In this document: in pieces, positions 1-10,714 of the stretch
Position numbering within the stretch: the first letter of the stretch is position 1
Layout of the letters: each line of letters begins with the position of its first letter
DNA from: Minutocellus sp. GHC0000111
Lineage: Eukaryota
Direction: 5' to 3'
Assembly (NCBI GenBank): GCA_977018835.1
Contig: OZ361259.1
Location: 3,410,001-3,474,000 of the forward strand
Length of the DNA: 64,000 nt
Notes under the pieces: model-generated
The model's database searches: none
The model's input: the letters and a program-made list of their open reading frames with translations, nothing else
What the model was told of the DNA's origin: nothing
Program-made: the position numbers and the translations under genes

Positions 1-112
1 CTTATTTTCTCCAGGGCGAACCGAGGTCATATGATATCTTTCAAAGTAGCATTAATTGCGGAGGGCAAGATGGAAGAGAACATTGCTCCCCAAGAACATC
101 TGTATGACTTAC

Positions 113-378
113 ACGAGGAACATTCCAGTAATGTCTCCTTGGATACTGGCATCAAACACATTGGGACTGGCGAAGTTAAAAGTGGCGGTGCCACTGCTTC
201 CGTCGCGGGCACGGGTGAGCTTGACGTCGGGGACGGTCTTCTCTTCGACGCCTCGGATGAACTCGATCTTGGCGGCATCGAGGGCGGACATCTGGTACGA
301 GCGGACCATCGGGCGGTTGGCGGGAGCGAAGGCGGCCGCGAGGGGGGCAATGGTGGCAAGAATGGCAGTGGACTTCAT
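113..378 (-). CDS. psb28: Photosystem II assembly factor Psb28, nuclear-encoded with bipartite plastid presequence (exon 1; remainder lies left of the window)
   Basis: [19 protein letters not shown] (signal + AFAP) followed by [40 protein letters not shown]...ITGMFL, the Psb28 N-terminal pattern. A GTAAGT donor begins at 112 on the minus strand. Confidence 0.9.
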
Positions 379-684
379 TTTAATGTCAAGTTCGTGGGTG
401 ATCGAGTATGACTTTACTAGGTAGTTTTCAATTTGTCGGCAATCAGTAATTATGAGCGGAGGTGGGCATGGCATGGCCTGCGGAGCACGTGTTGGCGTGT
501 TGACGGCATTTTTGCGCCTGCTGAGTCACTTTCAGAGTGGCGTCATCGCTGATGATTCAGAAAGCCAAAAGGGGGCATAAATGATCGAGCAGCCAAGATC
601 CAACCAACCGGACCCCTCATATCTTTTGCTTGCGTCGAGGCAACGGAGGCAACAGAGGAATATGAATCGAAACCACTCGTTCTT

Positions 685-2574
685 ATGACGAACGCATCGC
701 TGCGGCATCGGGGAGGTCTCGCAGAACATCTCAAGGCCACCGGTCGTTCGACAGATGATAACGACCTCGACGTCGATGACCATCACGAAACATCATCCGT
801 CGCCACCGTCAGAACTACCAATCGATCCTCCTCCAAGCCCAGGCGTTTCTACGTCAAGGTCATCATAACATTTGTTTTCTTCGAGTTTGTTCTCGTTGTG
901 TCATACTATGGTTGGCCAAGACTTGCTGGAGCAGCGAGCAAGACGTCTTCCCCAGGCATTCGTAGCCGTGGCATAAGTACTACGGCTACTTCCACTGGAA
1001 GGAGTACAGGCGCAAACCTAACCAGTAGAATCATTACCGCTAGTAACAGAGAGGTACGGCATGGGTCACTTCAACAAATAATTGCATCGCGCAAGCAGGC
1101 CCACAAAGATACAGTCACTGTAAATGACATCTCGAAACGATGGCTGGAGAACGACATCAGCGGCTTGAGTGCGCCGGATGCACGTCGTCTCATTGTCGTT
1201 GGTGCCAAGGGGACGGTTCAGGACATATTGAACGAGACTGTTTGCGCGCAGGAGAGTGCAGTTATGTTACAGCCAAATAATGCCAAGTCCATTGACGAAG
1301 TTATCGCTTTGTTGGCACGTAAAGATGTCGAAGGCAAAGCAAAGGCGATGGCATTACTATCGCAGTTGATCTACGCAGCAATACACGAAAATCAGTATGG
1401 ACCAGCACGAAATGAAGCCCTGAAACATATGAACGAAAATAGCGATGCAGTTCCCTTCAGCATCGAGTGTCCCGATGCGAAGTATCTCATATTTGAAGGC
1501 TTCACTGCGCCAACCGGACTCGGTTCGCACTTACGAACGCGCATGGCAATTCCATCATTTCTGACAGGTTTGGCTCATGGACGCATCGTTCTATACACGG
1601 AAGCCGACGAACGGTCGCCGATGACCATTGTCAATTGCGACCGAGGGGATTTGCAGTGCTCCTTCTTGCACATGAGTCCATGTCTTCCATCAATGGAGGA
1701 TGTTCAAAGCGCAATGGTTGTCGCGAAAGATTGGGATAATATTCTTCTGAATCATACAGAGCAGCGGGTAATCAAGCTAAGCAGAGTCGTTGAGAGAGAC
1801 TTTGCGGCAGCTCTAAAGGTCGGAGAGACCGGCAAGTTGAAAATTGTGGAGAAGTTCTGGACTCCCGATCAAAGAAAGTGGCGCATGGACAATCTAGTAA
1901 CAGCAGTGGCGCGTATTGTGGCAAAGGGCCTATATGATGCTCCAGGGAGGGCAGATGACTTGGCAGCAGCATTTCAACAAATGATGGAGGCCGAGCAATT
2001 TCAATCGAGAGTAATTGCCGCGGCCCAGCTCTTTATTACCCGGCCCAATCGCAAGACACAGTCGCAGATCCAAGAAGCCATGAATATCAGCTTTCCACCT
2101 GATTACAATCCAAAAGCCGGACTCGGCATTCCTCTTCGCGGTTCAGACAAGTGCCTCAAAGAACAGAAATGTGCCAACTTTGGAAGGCTGATAGAACAAG
2201 CTCACAATGAGTTCCCCATGGACGATATTCGACATCTTGTCGTTACTTCCGAAGACGCAAAGTATTTGGACGATGCAGTGCTTTGGAAGGTCATGAACGG
2301 GAAGAAAAGCGGCGGCCATCTGGAACTCGTTATGAACAAGGATGATGTTATGCAAGCGACGGGTCAGCTTCAGTACCTACGTGACAAATCAATACCCATG
2401 GAAGATATCATGACTTCAACGATGACTGCCTGGGCATTCCAACTTCGAGCGGGCCTCTCCTTCTTGAACATATGCTCAAACTTTCATCGTCTTTTCGAAG
2501 GATCAATTGAATTCGGCTGCGCAGCTGCGACTGCCTGGAAACGGCAGGACGTTGAGTGCAATGTGCTAGTTTGA
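685..2574 (+). CDS. Type II membrane protein, putative fucosyltransferase-like glycosyltransferase (FUT8/NodZ-like)
   Basis: 629-aa ORF with a single TM helix near the N-terminus. GLGSHL, GIPLRGSDK, LVVTSED and CSNFHRL resemble the GDP-fucose-binding motifs (HxRxxDK, SED, SNF) of GT23-like enzymes. Confidence 0.55.
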   Translation: MTNASLRHRGGLAEHLKATGRSTDDNDLDVDDHHETSSVATVRTTNRSSSKPRRFYVKVIITFVFFEFVLVVSYYGWPRLAGAASKTSSPGIRSRGISTTATSTGRSTGANLTSRIITASNREVRHGSLQQIIASRKQAHKDTVTVNDISKRWLENDISGLSAPDARRLIVVGAKGTVQDILNETVCAQESAVMLQPNNAKSIDEVIALLARKDVEGKAKAMALLSQLIYAAIHENQYGPARNEALKHMNENSDAVPFSIECPDAKYLIFEGFTAPTGLGSHLRTRMAIPSFLTGLAHGRIVLYTEADERSPMTIVNCDRGDLQCSFLHMSPCLPSMEDVQSAMVVAKDWDNILLNHTEQRVIKLSRVVERDFAAALKVGETGKLKIVEKFWTPDQRKWRMDNLVTAVARIVAKGLYDAPGRADDLAAAFQQMMEAEQFQSRVIAAAQLFITRPNRKTQSQIQEAMNISFPPDYNPKAGLGIPLRGSDKCLKEQKCANFGRLIEQAHNEFPMDDIRHLVVTSEDAKYLDDAVLWKVMNGKKSGGHLELVMNKDDVMQATGQLQYLRDKSIPMEDIMTSTMTAWAFQLRAGLSFLNICSNFHRLFEGSIEFGCAAATAWKRQDVECNVLV

Positions 2575-2849
2575 TTTACTTGGCCGCTAGGCTACGTAGC
2601 TAGATCTAGATCTACGCCGTACCGTGCCGGTATTGTTAGTACCGATTGGTATAAAAGAATATAGAAAGGGAGTACCGGTAAAGATGGATCTATCGGTACT
2701 AGCTACGTAGTACCGGTAGCCGATGTTCCACAAGCAGCAAGTTCAATGGGGGAATGGGGGGAGCTCTGCTGAGCCCGCATGACATACTCGACTGATTCCC
2801 TCCTATGCTCTTCCTCTTCAAATGCAAAACCAGCACAACACGTGTCACC

Positions 2850-3898
2850 ATGGTGACGACGATGACGATGAAGGATACCGCCGTTGCGGCGGCGCTTGTG
2901 CTGTCGCTACTCTTCGATCCAGCCTCGGCATCGGCGGGAAGGCCACAATTGTCGGTAAGTATCGTCATTTGTGCACTCTCATTTTTCCATTGTGACCGTG
3001 CAATCTGCTTCATATTACTGAACGTGACGGCCTGCATGCAACTCACCGGCACACTCCATCCCTTCAACTTCCTCTGATAATTATTGCGCACCGCACCATT
3101 TGGACCTTTTCAATTTGGTTTTGAATTATTTATTCTTGATAGATCAATGTCAAGGATGGTGATTTCTCTGGTCTTGGTGGACTGGAGCCCGCTCTGTCTT
3201 GGGAGGGCACCTCCAAGTACGGTGACATGGACCTCGATTATGGCATCGACGTGGCGGCTCAGTCCACCACTGACATTACCACCATCCCCCGGCGCATTTG
3301 GGGCCGAGCCCGGCAGCGCATCGCCAACTGGGACCTTGCCGCCCGGGCCGACATCGATAGTCAGACGGGCAACTCGGCGAGGGTCATTCTTGATGCCGGT
3401 AACGACGATCTTGATCTGAAGATTCAGCTCGATGGCAACGCGGCGCTGGCAACTTCGGGACGGAGTCCGTCGGCAGATGCCTTTGGTCTCAATCGCATCC
3501 AGCTAGTCAAGGGTTTGGAGAACGAAGAGGGCAATCGTCTGACGGTCAATCCGCGGTACGATCTGGTCAATCGCGAGGCTGATGTCGTCCTGGCCTGGAA
3601 GACCGGTGATATCAACGTGGAGATTACGGCCTCGGCCGACACGCAAAAGGTGAAGCTCTCGAAGCGCATCGATGACGACAACTGGGTCAGCCCGACGGTC
3701 GATAGCAAGGGCGACGTCACGTTGGAGTGGGACCATCGCATTGACAACGACAGTTCTTTCACTGCCAAGATTAAGCCGCAGGACTCCGTCGATGTCAAGT
3801 GGAAGGATAAGGAGTGGACTGCGTCCGTGGCGATGCCGATTGATGGACGAGAAGTCAGTGGGGCAAACGTTCACATATCAAGGGAGGTCAAGTTTTAA
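2850..3898 (+). CDS. Signal-peptide-bearing, predicted beta-strand-rich (porin/OEP24-like) protein; exons 2850-2954 and 3143-3898
   Basis: Exon 1 encodes a signal peptide and ends at a GTAAGT donor (2955). A phase-0 AG acceptor at 3141-3142 joins in frame to ORF 3227..3898. The product has alternating hydrophobic/polar strands and a terminal Phe. Confidence 0.7.
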
Positions 3899-4080
3899 AA
3901 GGATGACTTCATACTCGTTTCTGAGTTCATCGCTGGCGAACGGGGCCACGAATAGCACTGTGCTCGTACATGCAGTCAACCTCCGAGGTCATCTATCTCT
4001 AAAGATAAAGAAAGAAAATAAATTTGGATGGACTCTACATTGTGTTTATTTACTCTGAATGGACTTTTAATGAGGTTTAT

Positions 4081-6408
4081 TTACTCTGGCTTTACAAAGC
4101 TAGGCGCATGGCAATACTCAAAAACATTTCCCGCTTTATGCAAGAGCGTAGTTCTCTCTGAAGCACGCTTGCCCGTCACTACAAGCTCTTCGATGTCTCT
4201 CAGCAATATACTATTAACGCTAAACGCAGCATGCCTCAAATCGTTCACATTTGTGTCGAGACCCGTTGTGTCAATGACATCAACGTCGAGCCAAGTAGTG
4301 TTTCCATCCTTTTTTCTTGTCGTTGAATGGAGTGACACATCACGGATGCCATTGGCAGCACCTGACGAATCATCTTGATTCGATTTGTGCTGGAAAGAAA
4401 TGACATCATCTTCGCTCGATTGCTCATCTGCATAGAGCGATTCAATATCTCTACCGATTGGTTGCTGAAAAATAAATCCAGACTCTTGCCGCCGGGCTTC
4501 CGAGTCCAAGACGGAGGGGGGATCATAATTCATTGTATTGCATGCGCCGTTGATAACGCCCGACCACCAGAGGGCTTGGTCGTTCTTGTCTCCGACAACC
4601 GTTATACATCTGCAAACAGATGAAATCGATTTGAACCCTCTCTCTCGGAATGCCTGCACAGGAAAGTCGGGGTTAAGCATCGTCATTGTTCTGCACACTA
4701 GCTGTCCTACTTCACCTACCGAGGCCGCAGTATCCGTAAAGGCGGGTGCTGGACGAAAGCATGCACTTACCTCGCTCACAGAGCCATCTGGTTGGTTCTC
4801 AAATGCGTTCATGAGAGTCTGCACGCCCAAGGAATGCGTTAAAATATGAATGCTTTGGATACCTTCTTGCTGCAGACCACGCAACATCTGGAGAAAGTAT
4901 CTGCGATTATTTTCTGTTGCCGAGGCAAAACTTGCGTGCCGATAGGTAGGAACTTGACCACCTGGCCATGAAAAGAGGACGGGATACACATGTTTGGACA
5001 GATTTGTCATCGCGACCATTTGGCCGAGCGTTTCGGCTGAGTGCTTGAGCCAAGAGTTGAAGCCAGGAAGAAATATGAGGGCATCGCGAGTCTGGATTTT
5101 TGCCCAGTTTCTGACCTCCAAAGTCAGTCGGCTGGAAGATGTATCATTTGCGGTGCCAGTACTAGTACCAGCATCAGTTTCAGTGCCAGTACCAGTATCT
5201 GGACCATCCTCTTCGTCATCCGCAGGCCTTTCCAGAATTTCGTATTCAGGTTGCTTCCCTGCCACTACATTGATTACAATCTGATTCAACCGCTTCGTGA
5301 ATGGAAGCCCGGTGGGAGCATAAACGTGGCCGCCAATCTGAACGCCTCGTGGATCATCTGACGAGATATGAAGAGCTGTTGTTGGTTCGTTGGCAATACC
5401 GGCGCCAGCGCTGGCGCTTGGACCTTCAAGCAGTCGGCAACACTCGCCGATTGTTATGTCTTCGCCATCGACCTTGGGCCCAACGATTAGGGACGCTTCT
5501 GGAAGGTTGGAATAGAAATCACCCGCAATGCTGCATTCTACTCCTATCACGCCACATCTGGGAGGCTGCTCGTTGGTCGGAATCAATTTGTTGGCTTCGA
5601 ACGTGTCGTCCGACGCCATGTAGAAGGCAAGTTGCACACCAGCAAAAGTATTTCCTTTGCCTCCGTACTGTCGACTGTCAAAGGGTGCCGCCGGCTTTCC
5701 GTCCTTCCACATGCCCGTGAGGATTTCGCCGTTGTACGAGTCGTCCGACCACACGCCCCGCCCATGCGGCAATCCCTCCTCGTTGACCTCCCCGACGTAC
5801 CGGCACACATACCTCCTGCTGCATCTGCCCCATCGACCGTCGTATTCCATGGTCCAGTCATCAAGCACGGAAATGCGAAAGTACCGGCTGGCACCATACG
5901 ACACTCGGAACCATCTCGAAGTTACCACTCTGGGATAGACATAAAAGATAAGGACAAACGCCAGCAGTGTAACAACCTCCACGATGATGAGAGCCACTGC
6001 GATCCATGTAATGCCATCTCCAAAGATGGACGGCTCGTCGTAGAACAGCACCGAGGCCAGCATGGCGAGAAGAGGAAAGTACACCACCATCCAATACAGC
6101 AGGTGGATGAGCTTGCTGCCCGCAAATATTCCAGTGACGACGATGGAAACGAAGATCCAAACCCCGATCAGAGCGATTTGGGGCACCGTCAGGACGATGG
6201 CGATGGGTGTGTCTTCTTCCGGCTGTTCCACCTCTGCCTGGCCTTCTTGCTCCGGCATGGTCGTCTCGCGCTGATACGCCGAAAGACCGTAGATGAGAAT
6301 CAGCATGCAAGCCAATGCCACGTAGTGATATTTTGATTGTTTCTTCTGAGGGCCGTTGAGGTCGCGCTGCATCTTGCGATAGTGCATGGTGAGGAACACC
6401 TCCTCCAT
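4081..6408 (-). CDS. Multi-TM protein with MORN-like repeats and C-terminal alpha/beta hydrolase (DUF900-like); true start may be slightly upstream
   Basis: N-terminal TM helices; MORN-like YVGEVNEEGLPHGRGVW...GMWKDGKP; hydrolase motifs LIFLPGFN, FSWPGG and the nucleophile elbow HILTHSLG; late His in LRHAAF. Confidence 0.75.
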   Translation of the reverse strand: MEEVFLTMHYRKMQRDLNGPQKKQSKYHYVALACMLILIYGLSAYQRETTMPEQEGQAEVEQPEEDTPIAIVLTVPQIALIGVWIFVSIVVTGIFAGSKLIHLLYWMVVYFPLLAMLASVLFYDEPSIFGDGITWIAVALIIVEVVTLLAFVLIFYVYPRVVTSRWFRVSYGASRYFRISVLDDWTMEYDGRWGRCSRRYVCRYVGEVNEEGLPHGRGVWSDDSYNGEILTGMWKDGKPAAPFDSRQYGGKGNTFAGVQLAFYMASDDTFEANKLIPTNEQPPRCGVIGVECSIAGDFYSNLPEASLIVGPKVDGEDITIGECCRLLEGPSASAGAGIANEPTTALHISSDDPRGVQIGGHVYAPTGLPFTKRLNQIVINVVAGKQPEYEILERPADDEEDGPDTGTGTETDAGTSTGTANDTSSSRLTLEVRNWAKIQTRDALIFLPGFNSWLKHSAETLGQMVAMTNLSKHVYPVLFSWPGGQVPTYRHASFASATENNRRYFLQMLRGLQQEGIQSIHILTHSLGVQTLMNAFENQPDGSVSEVSACFRPAPAFTDTAASVGEVGQLVCRTMTMLNPDFPVQAFRERGFKSISSVCRCITVVGDKNDQALWWSGVINGACNTMNYDPPSVLDSEARRQESGFIFQQPIGRDIESLYADEQSSEDDVISFQHKSNQDDSSGAANGIRDVSLHSTTRKKDGNTTWLDVDVIDTTGLDTNVNDLRHAAFSVNSILLRDIEELVVTGKRASERTTLLHKAGNVFEYCHAPSFVKPE

Positions 6409-6676
6409 CTTCTCAAGGGAACACCTGCTCGTGCTGGTTCGCCTGCTCCATTCTTGTTCGTCTTATTTGTGCCATCGCCGCCATTGGTTGCTACTGGCAC
6501 CGCCGCCGCTGCTGCGTCCTCATCTTGTGCCGATGCCATCATATATCTACCGCGAGCACGTTCGATGGTGAGAGTACCTTTCGGTAAGACACCGGCCGAA
6601 CGCGAGCTAGCTAGCGGCAGCAGAGCGGGCAGGCAGTGAGCTACGATTCAGAATGGAGTTTTATCTACGGGTGCAT

Positions 6677-6698
6677 GTACGTACGTACGTACGTACGT
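6677..6698. repeat. Self-complementary (GTAC)n microsatellite upstream of the hydrolase gene
   Basis: gtacgtacgtacgtacgtacgt is seen directly. Confidence 0.85.
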
Positions 6699-7310
6699 TC
6701 GCTGCCCTGCAAGCAGCCTCATTTTTCTCTTCGCACTGCTGCTGGTGTTTTGGGCCAAGATGGGCGAACGACCGCTTTACATGGCTACTTCGTGCAGTGC
6801 TGCTGCTGATCTCGCTGGCGATGCGCTGCTGTGCGATGATCTGCCATGACAATGAAAAACTGCGGCGCGACGCCGTGTGTTTTTTCTAACGCACGGCTCA
6901 TTATTCTCGCTTGTCGCTCCGAGAGGCCGGGGCCATTGACACATACATGGCACATGCCTGCATCACTTTCAGGGCACGCTCTATACACAATCGCACAAGA
7001 TACCAATACCAATGAGCTCTACGCCTCGTCTTACGTCGTCTCGGCTGCCCCTCCGGCGTGGCGACGACGATGTGACCGATGGAGGAGACGTCTCACCCGG
7101 GAGGGCGGGCTCCCGTGCCAACAATGAGTCCAGTGCCACCATTGTCGGCGGCGATGGGTCGACCGAGATGGTCGTTTTGGGTGGTAGTTCTAGCGGTGTC
7201 ATTGGCGTGGGAGTGATGTCTTCGTCTCCGAAGCAGCAGCTTGGTGATTCGGGGGACCACGTCTCGTCTCCTCGCCGGTATCGGCGGGACGGCGAAATCA
7301 CGGCACAACC

Positions 7311-8305
7311 GTGCCCACCCTCCCGTTCGAGGTCATTGCCCGTATTGTTACCTTCTTGCCCATCACAGTCGGTCTGGTAGATAGGCTGTGCAAACCTTTG
7401 ACCAAGGACTGGGAAACGCTACAGTGCTGCTACTACCAAGGAAACTGGTCGTATTTGGTTCAGGCTCTCGCCGCCGGTCCCGGTGCTTTCCGACGGTTCT
7501 TCCCCAAGTGGTTTGCCCGCAACGAGAATTATTTGGACGACATTGCAGCGAATGGAAGTGTTCCGGAACGTATCCGAGCTGCCTTGACGAACCCTTCCAT
7601 GGCCGTACGTCTTGACTGCGTCGATCTGCTCGAGCACCTGCTTGCTGCCACGCCAACGTCGACGTGAATAGCCTGTTCCCATGCCTGACCGCCCTCGGCC
7701 ATCCCGAACATGACTTTGGTGGCAATGCTGTGTCGAAACACCTTGTCGCCGTCGCCATTGATCACGGGAGCCGCTCCTCTTTGGGGCGTCTCCTGTTGCG
7801 AGAGGAAATTGACGTTCACAGCATGGCTAGTGAGAATGAAGGTTGCGGTGATTACCAGCTGGTACCCTCGGCGCTGGTCGAGGCGGCGGAGTCACCTCAT
7901 AAGATGCCTCTGCTCCACGATATCATCCGCCACCCTTCTTTCGATCCCAATCGTCCCTTTCTTCATCCTCGGAGTGGATCGTTACAGACTGTTTTGGATC
8001 ATGTAATCGCGATGGGCGTTCTGTACGGGGACTTCCAAGGTTATCTCGTGATAATGGAGATGCTCATTGTTACTGGTGTTGATGCCCACATCCGTGTGGA
8101 AGCCGGGATTGCAACACCTTACGAATATGCTCGGCAGTTGGTTGCAAGTGCCGACCGCGAGGTGAGTGGGAAAGCCCGTAGATTTGTCAACATTATGAGA
8201 ACGATTCCGGCTGCTATTCGTATTGGTTCGGTAGTTCGGGGCCACTTGGCTCGCCTCCATCTTCTTCGCCAAAACTCCTGGATGTTGAATACACACAGAA
8301 TCTAA
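7311..8305 (+). pseudogene. Frameshifted gene: F-box-like N-terminus, ankyrin-like middle, C-terminal IQ-like motif
   Basis: PTLPFEVIARIVTFL is F-box-like. ORFs 7311..7667 and 7664..8305 join with +1 base near 7655 (…PNVDVNSLF). AAIRIGSVVRGHLAR resembles an IQ motif. There is no in-frame ATG (stop at 7245). It may be an assembly artefact rather than a true pseudogene. Confidence 0.45.
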
Positions 8306-9394
8306 TAACTCTGATACTAGTGAATTACTGGCTTCGAATAACTTTGCTACATGTACGGATGACAGTGCTCTTCCTCTCCTTACCAACCACTCGTGCACTC
8401 GTTCGCCAGCAAAATGATTCGCTCGACTGATGTTTGTCAGGTACTCATTGATTACTTGAAGCCTGTTGCAGCAGTCAAAGATTGGACCCGCCCGCCCACC
8501 GCACCAGAACACGCCTCGGTGCCTCAGTGCAGATTTGCTGTCTTCGCCTTCCACGCTTTGCTTCTTGCACCAAGTCAAAGGCTACTTTTATACTACCATT
8601 ATGGACGGATATCCTCTCATTCTTTGCTCTGGAATGGCTCCAACTTGGATGTTAGAGCGATTCGTTGCTGCATCACGAACACAAAAGTGAGTGAATACAG
8701 TAGTGTGGGGATGTGATGTCCCCTATCGAGCCCGGAGGCCTGCCGCCATTCATTTCAATATGAACAAGCTAAGCTACCATCCATTTGTCACTGCCAATAC
8801 GACACTGTATCCCATGTGTTTGGGAAGCGAGGGTATCCTGTCAAATCAATGCTTGGACCAATTGATTTTGCGGCGATTGGTACGAGCATCTTGCCACCCG
8901 CCCCCGTGCCCCCGTGTCTTCAGACATGAATTGATTGGTAATCACTAGGCTTACTATGCTTTTGACACCAGACCGACCATGATCTCTTTGAAGCACTGCT
9001 ACCTTCTGCTTCAGCTGTTTCCGCCAGCAAAAGGATGTGAATGGACCGCTGTTATCGGGCCATTGGAGACCAAAACATGATGACGTGATCGACACTAATG
9101 GGCCTACCCCAACGCCCGACGCATGTGATCGTTCGGCGTCTTATCAGCCGCTGATGAGTTGTATCGATGGTGCAAATCAGGTTGATTCTCAGCATAGACT
9201 GCTTTATTTGCGCGCGATGTAACGTCCTAGACGTGTCGGACAATTGCGTGCAGCTCGATGCCAATGCATAGTTGGCTACACATCGGGCTCATCACGGTCT
9301 CCGGAATCCCTAACATCTACTCGTACTGCGATAGCACCATCCGAGAACAAATCACAGTATCAACATTTCCAGGGAAGGAACATCTACAAGAAGC

Positions 9395-10057
9395 ATGAAG
9401 AGGGCCAAAACACTCCCATTGGAGGATCAAATCCAATCTTTCCTCGACAGGCAGAACTCATACGTCATCCATGACCAGATGGAAAAGTATCTTGTACGCC
9501 ATGCGAATCCACTTCTTTTCCCCTACCTCTCCGCGATGCGAAAAGCAGGCGTCGAGATTGACCCTCTCTGGGATCCAGGTGTAATGTATTCAGGTGAGAT
9601 TTTTATGGATCGAATGCCACCTCTTGACGAATTGGATAAATGGATTCAACAGCACAAAAACGAGCTCGATAAGAAGAACAACAGGGTCAAGATTGGCCAC
9701 TCGGAAGGGAGAGGAAAGGGTTTGTATGCGGCCAAAAACATTACGGCAAAAAATCTCATTGGTTACTATGGCGGAGTTCGGCGAGAACAGCGGATTCAAC
9801 ACTCTACCAAATACGCCTTCGCTCTTGATAGTGATGGCAAGTGGGAGATTAATGCCGAATACTGCGGTGGCTTTACGCGGTACATCAACGCCCCAAACGA
9901 AGGCGAAGAGGCCAACGTTGTGGCCAGCATTGTCGGCGGCAAGATCAAAATTACGGCGAAGAAACACATTAGAGAGGGCGACGAGCTTCTGCTCGACTAT
10001 GGGCCCGAATATTTCATTGACCCACCGGAAGTCGAAACGGAGGAGGAGGAGGATTAA
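9395..10057 (+). CDS. Small intronless SET-domain lysine methyltransferase
   Basis: GRGKGLYAAKNI...IGYYGG...FTRYINAP...ITAKKHIREGDELLLDYGPEYF are the SET motifs. Confidence 0.88.
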   Translation: MKRAKTLPLEDQIQSFLDRQNSYVIHDQMEKYLVRHANPLLFPYLSAMRKAGVEIDPLWDPGVMYSGEIFMDRMPPLDELDKWIQQHKNELDKKNNRVKIGHSEGRGKGLYAAKNITAKNLIGYYGGVRREQRIQHSTKYAFALDSDGKWEINAEYCGGFTRYINAPNEGEEANVVASIVGGKIKITAKKHIREGDELLLDYGPEYFIDPPEVETEEEED

Positions 10058-10714
10058 TGAATCAATCTTGAGAAGTAATTTGCTGGGCACAATCTTTAGC
10101 GCAATGGGTGCCTACGATCGTACTTCCGTACTTGCACGAGTACGAGTACTAACACGAGATCAATGCCTTGGCTTGTTTTAAAAGTAGTGGTGACATATGT
10201 ATTCAACAAAGCATAGTACATGTACTCCTCTAAACTCCTATTCGCGGCACAGCTAGATAGACGGCCCTGTCAGCCGCAAGAGATCTTCTTCTCGATTGTA
10301 CAGAAAGTGCGTGCTAAGAAGAACATTGGCTTCGAGTCTGGCTACTGCAGATGCCAGTATTAGGTAGAATCTAAAACGACCTGCCTTACTCTAGGTTTTC
10401 ATCCAGGGATAGAATGTTCTTAGATCTTTTAGATTGACTGGCGCTAAAATCGTCTTCCAAAATGCTCCTCGAAATGATCCACTTCCAGATCAATCAAATG
10501 CGCTCCTAGCTACGTAGCTAAATTTAGCTAGTAAGTATCATTTCTCCTTTCAAGATTGTGCCAGTAGATCTAGTGTAAGATCCGATCAACAAGTCTCGCT
10601 ACACAGTGATGTACTATTAATAGTAGGCTTCGGCGAAGAAAGAACCTGAATCGCGCCCACCAAAATTTATCTCTACTATTCGGTATTTGAAACCGAACTA
10701 TATTAAAAGTGAAT

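Noticed and set aside
8310..9390. Possible transposon remnant in the gene-poor interval
   Set aside because: No transposase or reverse-transcriptase motifs, terminal repeats or target-site duplications could be identified by eye.
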